Source of the DNA: Candidatus Latescibacterota bacterium
GTDB taxonomy: Bacteria > Latescibacterota > UBA2968 > GCA-2709665
Length of the DNA stretch: 64,000 nt
Assembly: GCA_963667175.2 (NCBI GenBank)
Contig: CAXXXF010000015.1
Coordinates: forward strand, 32,001-96,000
Reading direction: 5' to 3'
Shown piece after piece: positions 59,636 to 64,000 of this stretch. A model generated the notes under the pieces. It made no database searches and was not told where the DNA came from. It saw nothing but the letters and a program-made list of their open reading frames with translations. Each line of letters opens with the position of its first letter. The first letter of the stretch is position 1. Both the position numbers and the translations under genes were made by a program.

Positions 59636-62600
59636 TCATGCGGGACGTGGTGGCGCGTTGAGCCGCAACCGCGCCTTTTTTCGCTCCCGTTTGATATCGT
59701 CCAGGACCGCCATGAAGCAGGGTATCACGAATAACGTCAGCACCGTCGAGACAAGCAATCCGAAAAGGATCACGTTCGCCAGCGGCGACCAGAGGGCCGA
59801 CTTGCCGCCGATGCCGATGGCCATCGGCATCAGGCCGGATATCGTCGTCACCGAAGTCAGGATGATCGGCCGCAGCCGCAACCGCCCCGCGTTCACGATG
59901 CTCCGCCAGAGGTTCGTCACGGACCCGCCGGGACGTCGCCGCCTGTTCATGAAAGCCACCATCACAATGGCGTCGTTGACGACGATTCCCGCCAGGGCCA
60001 CGAAACCGAATATCGAGATCAGACTGAAGGGATTGCCCGAAATCAACAGTCCGAGCAGCGCGCCGATGATCGCGAAGGGTACGGAAGTCAGGATCACCAG
60101 CGGTTGAGCGTAGGAATTGAACTGGGTTCCCAGGATCAGAAACATCAGAATCAGACTGACGGCGAACAGCGCCGCGACGTTGTCGAACGCTTCCAGGAAA
60201 TCCGTAAACTCCCCGCCGATATGGAAGCTGACGTCGGAATACTGCGCTTCGATCGACGGAAAGATTCCGAGCATTCTGTTGTTGATCTGATCCAACGTCA
60301 ATACGGCTTCGTCGATCTCGCCGGTGACGATGATGGTCCGATTCCGGTCGAAGCGCTTGATCCTCGTGCGTCCCGGACCGATTGAGAAGGAGACCATGTC
60401 TCGCAGTGCGACCGTAAGCCCGCTTGCGTTCGTCACCTGTACGTTCAGCACGTCTTCGACGGTCGACCGGTTTGCTCTGTCGTACTGTACGATGACGTCC
60501 ACCTCTTCGTCACCATCCCTGAACGTCGTGGCCCTGACTCCGTCGAACGCGTACCGGACGTTCAGGGCCACGTCCTGCGCCGAGAAACCGTACAGCGCCG
60601 CTCTGACTTCGTCCACTTCGATCCGGATCGTCTCCTTGCCGGGCGGGAAGTCGTCGGTCACTTCCCGCGTGCCCGGGATCCGGCGCAGCGAGTCCTGCAG
60701 CGCAAGCGCGGCTTCCTTCATCCGGTCGAGATAACGACCCTGAACCTTCACGGAAATCGGTTTTCCTTCGGGCGGCCCACCGGCGAATAACTCGAAGCTG
60801 ACCGAAGCGGGTCCCTCGATGTGCTCCGTGCGCTCCCGGAGCATATCCATCAGTTCGTCAGACATCCTCGCGCGTTCTTCTTTGGGCTTGAGCTGTACAA
60901 GGACCTGGGAGACGCTCTTCCGCGTCAGCCACTCGTTGTTGCTCTGCAGGAGACCGACGTTCACGACGACGCCCTCGACGTCCTCATCGGAGAGGCGGAG
61001 GGCCTCGGCCTCGTAGGCGCGGGTGACGCGGTCCGACTCGTGCAGGCTGGTTCCTTCAGGGAACTTGATGAGCACCTTGAACGCGTCCAGTTCATCGTCG
61101 GCATAGATGTCGATGGGGAGCCGGCCGAGGATCATCAACGCGCCGATGAGGACGCCGACCAGCGCGCCGATCACCCAGTAGCGCCGCCGCAGCGTGCGGA
61201 CCAGCAATCGACCGTATATTCTGCGGAGTCTCCTGAAAAACGGCTGTTCGCCTCTTTTGTGGGCGTTGGACCGCCGGGTCCATTCGGCGTAATGTGAAGG
61301 CAGAAGGACGAAAGCCTCGAACAGGGAAGCGGCCAGCGCGAGCGCGAAGGTCAAGGGGATGATCCGCATGAACTTCCCCATCACGCCCGGCAACAGGATC
61401 AAGGGAAGGAACGCGGCAATGTTGGTGCCTACGGAACTGAAAATCGGCGTTGTTACTTCGCCCGCGCCCAGGATGGCGGCCTCGCCGGCGCTGTGGCCCT
61501 GCAGCCGGTAGCGGTGGCAGTTCTCGATCACGATGATGGCGTCATCCACGATAATGCCCAGTACCATCACCATCGCGAACAGCGTGCTCCCGTTAATGGT
61601 ATAGCCGAAAATGCTCAGTAGAATGAAGGTGATGAAGAATGAAATGGGTATCCCGATCGTCGCCAGAAAGGCGTTCCAGGACCCCAGGAAAAGCCAGAGC
61701 ACGAGTGAAATGAGCACCATGCCCGTGACCGCGTTGTTCCGGAGCGCCGCGATCACCCGGTTGATGTACACGGAGTTGTCGTCCGTAAAGGTGAAGCTGA
61801 TACCGTCCGGTACGCGGTCCTCGTACCTGCGGATCGTCGCCTTGACGGCCAGGATCATGTCGTTCGTATTCGCGTCGGTTTTCTTCGATAGAGAGAACGT
61901 GATGGACGGCTTGCCGTTCAGCCTGGAGAGGACCTGGGGTTCTTCGCGGCGGTCCCGGACCCTGGCGACGTCACTGACTCTGACGGTTTCCCCACCCGGC
62001 GCCGCCCGGACGATTGTCTCGCGAATCTCGTCCACGCTACGGAATTCCGCCAGGGACCGGATGGCGTACTCCGTCGCACGGTAGGTGAGGGCGCCTCCGG
62101 ATACGTTCAGGTTCCTCGCCCGTATCGCCCGGACCACGTCCGGAACCGTCAGGCCGCGGGCAGCCAGCCGGGAGGGATCGACTTCGATCCAGATTTCCCG
62201 TTCGGGGAGGCCCGCAACCTGCACCCTGGCGACGCCCGATATGTTCTTCAGGTCATCCTCGAGATCGTCGGCAACAATCTGGGCGTTTTCCTCCGGGATC
62301 GTGAATGCCATGTTGACCGTGAGTACGGGCAGGAAATCGCCGCTGTCGAAGTCGTCCACCTCCGGGTCCTCTGCCGCGTCCGGGAGCTCTACCCGGTCGA
62401 TACGCCCCTTGAGGTCCGTGTAGACCTCCCTGAATTCGGACTCCGACATGTCTTCGAACTTGACGAGGAACAACGCCAGGCCCGCGTCTGCCGTGGACTG
62501 CAACTCGTCGATCTTGTTCAGGTCGTGGATTTCCGCTTCGATGGGGACGACAATCAGGCTCTCCACCTCTTCAGGGCTCGCGCCCGGGTACGGGATCGAG

Positions 62601-62740
62601 ACAGTCACCCAGTTGAAGTCAATCTGCGGGTTCATCTCCTGCGGCATGCTGAAGAGACTGATGCCGCCGAAGCAGAGCAGGCCCACCATGACCAGGTTCA
62701 CCAATACCGGGTTTCGAACCGAGAATTTCGCGATCGACAT
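59636..62740 (-). CDS. RND efflux permease (AcrB/AcrD/AcrF family)
   Basis: YPGASPEEVE, GIIVDDAIIVIEN, GIVVNDAIV, RLRPIILTS; 1034 aa. Confidence 0.93.
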   Translation of the reverse strand: MSIAKFSVRNPVLVNLVMVGLLCFGGISLFSMPQEMNPQIDFNWVTVSIPYPGASPEEVESLIVVPIEAEIHDLNKIDELQSTADAGLALFLVKFEDMSESEFREVYTDLKGRIDRVELPDAAEDPEVDDFDSGDFLPVLTVNMAFTIPEENAQIVADDLEDDLKNISGVARVQVAGLPEREIWIEVDPSRLAARGLTVPDVVRAIRARNLNVSGGALTYRATEYAIRSLAEFRSVDEIRETIVRAAPGGETVRVSDVARVRDRREEPQVLSRLNGKPSITFSLSKKTDANTNDMILAVKATIRRYEDRVPDGISFTFTDDNSVYINRVIAALRNNAVTGMVLISLVLWLFLGSWNAFLATIGIPISFFITFILLSIFGYTINGSTLFAMVMVLGIIVDDAIIVIENCHRYRLQGHSAGEAAILGAGEVTTPIFSSVGTNIAAFLPLILLPGVMGKFMRIIPLTFALALAASLFEAFVLLPSHYAEWTRRSNAHKRGEQPFFRRLRRIYGRLLVRTLRRRYWVIGALVGVLIGALMILGRLPIDIYADDELDAFKVLIKFPEGTSLHESDRVTRAYEAEALRLSDEDVEGVVVNVGLLQSNNEWLTRKSVSQVLVQLKPKEERARMSDELMDMLRERTEHIEGPASVSFELFAGGPPEGKPISVKVQGRYLDRMKEAALALQDSLRRIPGTREVTDDFPPGKETIRIEVDEVRAALYGFSAQDVALNVRYAFDGVRATTFRDGDEEVDVIVQYDRANRSTVEDVLNVQVTNASGLTVALRDMVSFSIGPGRTRIKRFDRNRTIIVTGEIDEAVLTLDQINNRMLGIFPSIEAQYSDVSFHIGGEFTDFLEAFDNVAALFAVSLILMFLILGTQFNSYAQPLVILTSVPFAIIGALLGLLISGNPFSLISIFGFVALAGIVVNDAIVMVAFMNRRRRPGGSVTNLWRSIVNAGRLRLRPIILTSVTTISGLMPMAIGIGGKSALWSPLANVILFGLLVSTVLTLFVIPCFMAVLDDIKRERKKARLRLNAPPRPA

Positions 62741-62785
62741 ATCAGGGATGCCTCATGTGCCGGATCCGAACAATGTCCGTCCGAC

Positions 62786-63895
62786 TCATCGAAAGGCGCG
62801 AATCGTCACCGGGGTTTCCACGCCCAGACGCAGCATGCCCCCGACGACGATCGTGTCCCCCTCCGCGAGCCCGGTTTCCACGGAAACCCGGGAACCGAAC
62901 GTTTCGCGGGTTGTGACCTCGGTGAGGCGCGCGACATCCTTCCGGATCCGATAGACGTGCTCCTTGCCGTTTCGCGCGAGGACCGCGTTGCCGGGAACGA
63001 CGAACTGAGGACTCGATCCGCCCAGCATCACACGGCACCGGGCCGACATTCCCCCGCGAATCGACGTATCGGTCGTATTGGCCACGTGGACTTCAACGGG
63101 AAACGCTCCGGTTTCCTCTTCAGCCTGAGGGGAGACGTAGCGGACGTACCCGTCGAACCCCCGGTGACCCAGCGCCGCGACGGCAATGCGTACCGGGCCG
63201 CCTGTCCGGATGCGGCCGATGGCCGACTGGGGGATTCCCAGCGTGATTTTCATGGTTGTCAGATCGACGACACGATAGGCCGGCGCGCCGGTGGATATCA
63301 TCGCGCCGGGCTCTACGTGCTTTCTGGATACCCATCCGTCGATCGGGCTCATCAGCCGGGTGTCTTCGAACCCTTTGCGCGCGCGACTCAATTCGGCCTG
63401 GTTCGATTTCAACTCGGCCTCCGCGGACTTGACGGCAAACCGGGACGTCTCGAACGCCAGCCTGGAGATGTCACCGGATTCCAGAAGCTGCCGGTCGCTT
63501 TCGAAATTCAATCGCGCAATATTGAGTTTGTTTTCCGAGGATAGAACCTGCGCCAGGGCATGTTCCAGGCGGCTCCGGGCCACGCGGTCGTCGATCACGG
63601 CCAGGGTGTCTCCCGCCGTGACGCGCCCGCCGACCTCGGCCCTGACGTCCGTCAGTCGACCGCCGGTCTCGGCGACCACGTCCACCGCTCCGTGCGGCAG
63701 AATAACGCCCGCGACGTCGACCGCCTCTTCCACGATTTCGCGGCGCACGACCCTGGCCTCGACTGGGACGGCCCGGAGCGTATCCACGCCCTGGTCGGCC
63801 GACCCGCCCGTATCGGCGTCCTCCCGCGACCCACACGACAGCGCGCAAGAGCAGAGCGCGAGCGCGGCAATGGTTGCTGCATTCCCGTGTTTCAT
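62786..63895 (-). CDS. RND periplasmic adaptor (membrane fusion protein), lipoprotein
   Basis: Lipobox-like ALSC, VPVE, SPIDG, GMSAR, GLAEGDTIVV.G. Confidence 0.9.
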   Translation of the reverse strand: MKHGNAATIAALALCSCALSCGSREDADTGGSADQGVDTLRAVPVEARVVRREIVEEAVDVAGVILPHGAVDVVAETGGRLTDVRAEVGGRVTAGDTLAVIDDRVARSRLEHALAQVLSSENKLNIARLNFESDRQLLESGDISRLAFETSRFAVKSAEAELKSNQAELSRARKGFEDTRLMSPIDGWVSRKHVEPGAMISTGAPAYRVVDLTTMKITLGIPQSAIGRIRTGGPVRIAVAALGHRGFDGYVRYVSPQAEEETGAFPVEVHVANTTDTSIRGGMSARCRVMLGGSSPQFVVPGNAVLARNGKEHVYRIRKDVARLTEVTTRETFGSRVSVETGLAEGDTIVVGGMLRLGVETPVTIRAFR

Positions 63896-64000
63896 TGTGA
63901 CTCCGCCACTTCCTCGACCAGACCGTCGAGGCTGCCTATCAGGTAGTGAAATCGGACCGCCGTTGAGGCGAGGTCGAATCGCGTTGTGATCTCCAGCAGC
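63892..64000 (-). CDS. 3' end of the upstream gene, probably a TolC-family outer-membrane factor (partial)
   Basis: Open frame ...LLEITTRFDLASTAVRFHYLIGSLDGLVEEVAESQ* with ATGA overlap to the MFP start; identity inferred from position only. Confidence 0.5.
   Translation of the reverse strand, partial: LLEITTRFDLASTAVRFHYLIGSLDGLVEEVAESQ

Overview
High-GC bacterial chromosomal window, mostly housekeeping and catabolic genes: nfeD-floA, ABC and RND transporters, MCM B12 subunit with meaB, nucleotide-sugar genes, lysR/fumC/frdABCD, an M16 peptidase and three PhyH dioxygenases. It also holds tRNA-Met(CAT) and tRNA-Leu(CAA), and several accessory cassettes. The most notable feature is an AT-richer ~9.6 kb island right after tRNA-Leu. 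It carries a DUF3800-like gene, a 3-TM protein and a tightly coupled six-gene minus-strand operon (19687->12595): ParB-like, small PD-(D/E)XK-like, SNF2 ATPase, second ParB-like paralogue, probable B12-binding radical SAM, MORC/GHKL ATPase. I do not recognise this as a named system; it looks like a candidate restriction-modification-like or anti-phage system with a radical SAM enzyme where a DNA methyltransferase would be expected. Other accessory items are a PHP-ATPase + Schlafen/AlbA_2 pair, an XamI-like RM system with a frameshifted nuclease, and a PIN toxin-antitoxin pair. A family of tiny CCTGYC...GGCAGG palindromes inserts into itself and into other repeats. All family assignments come from motifs read by eye; no database searches were run.
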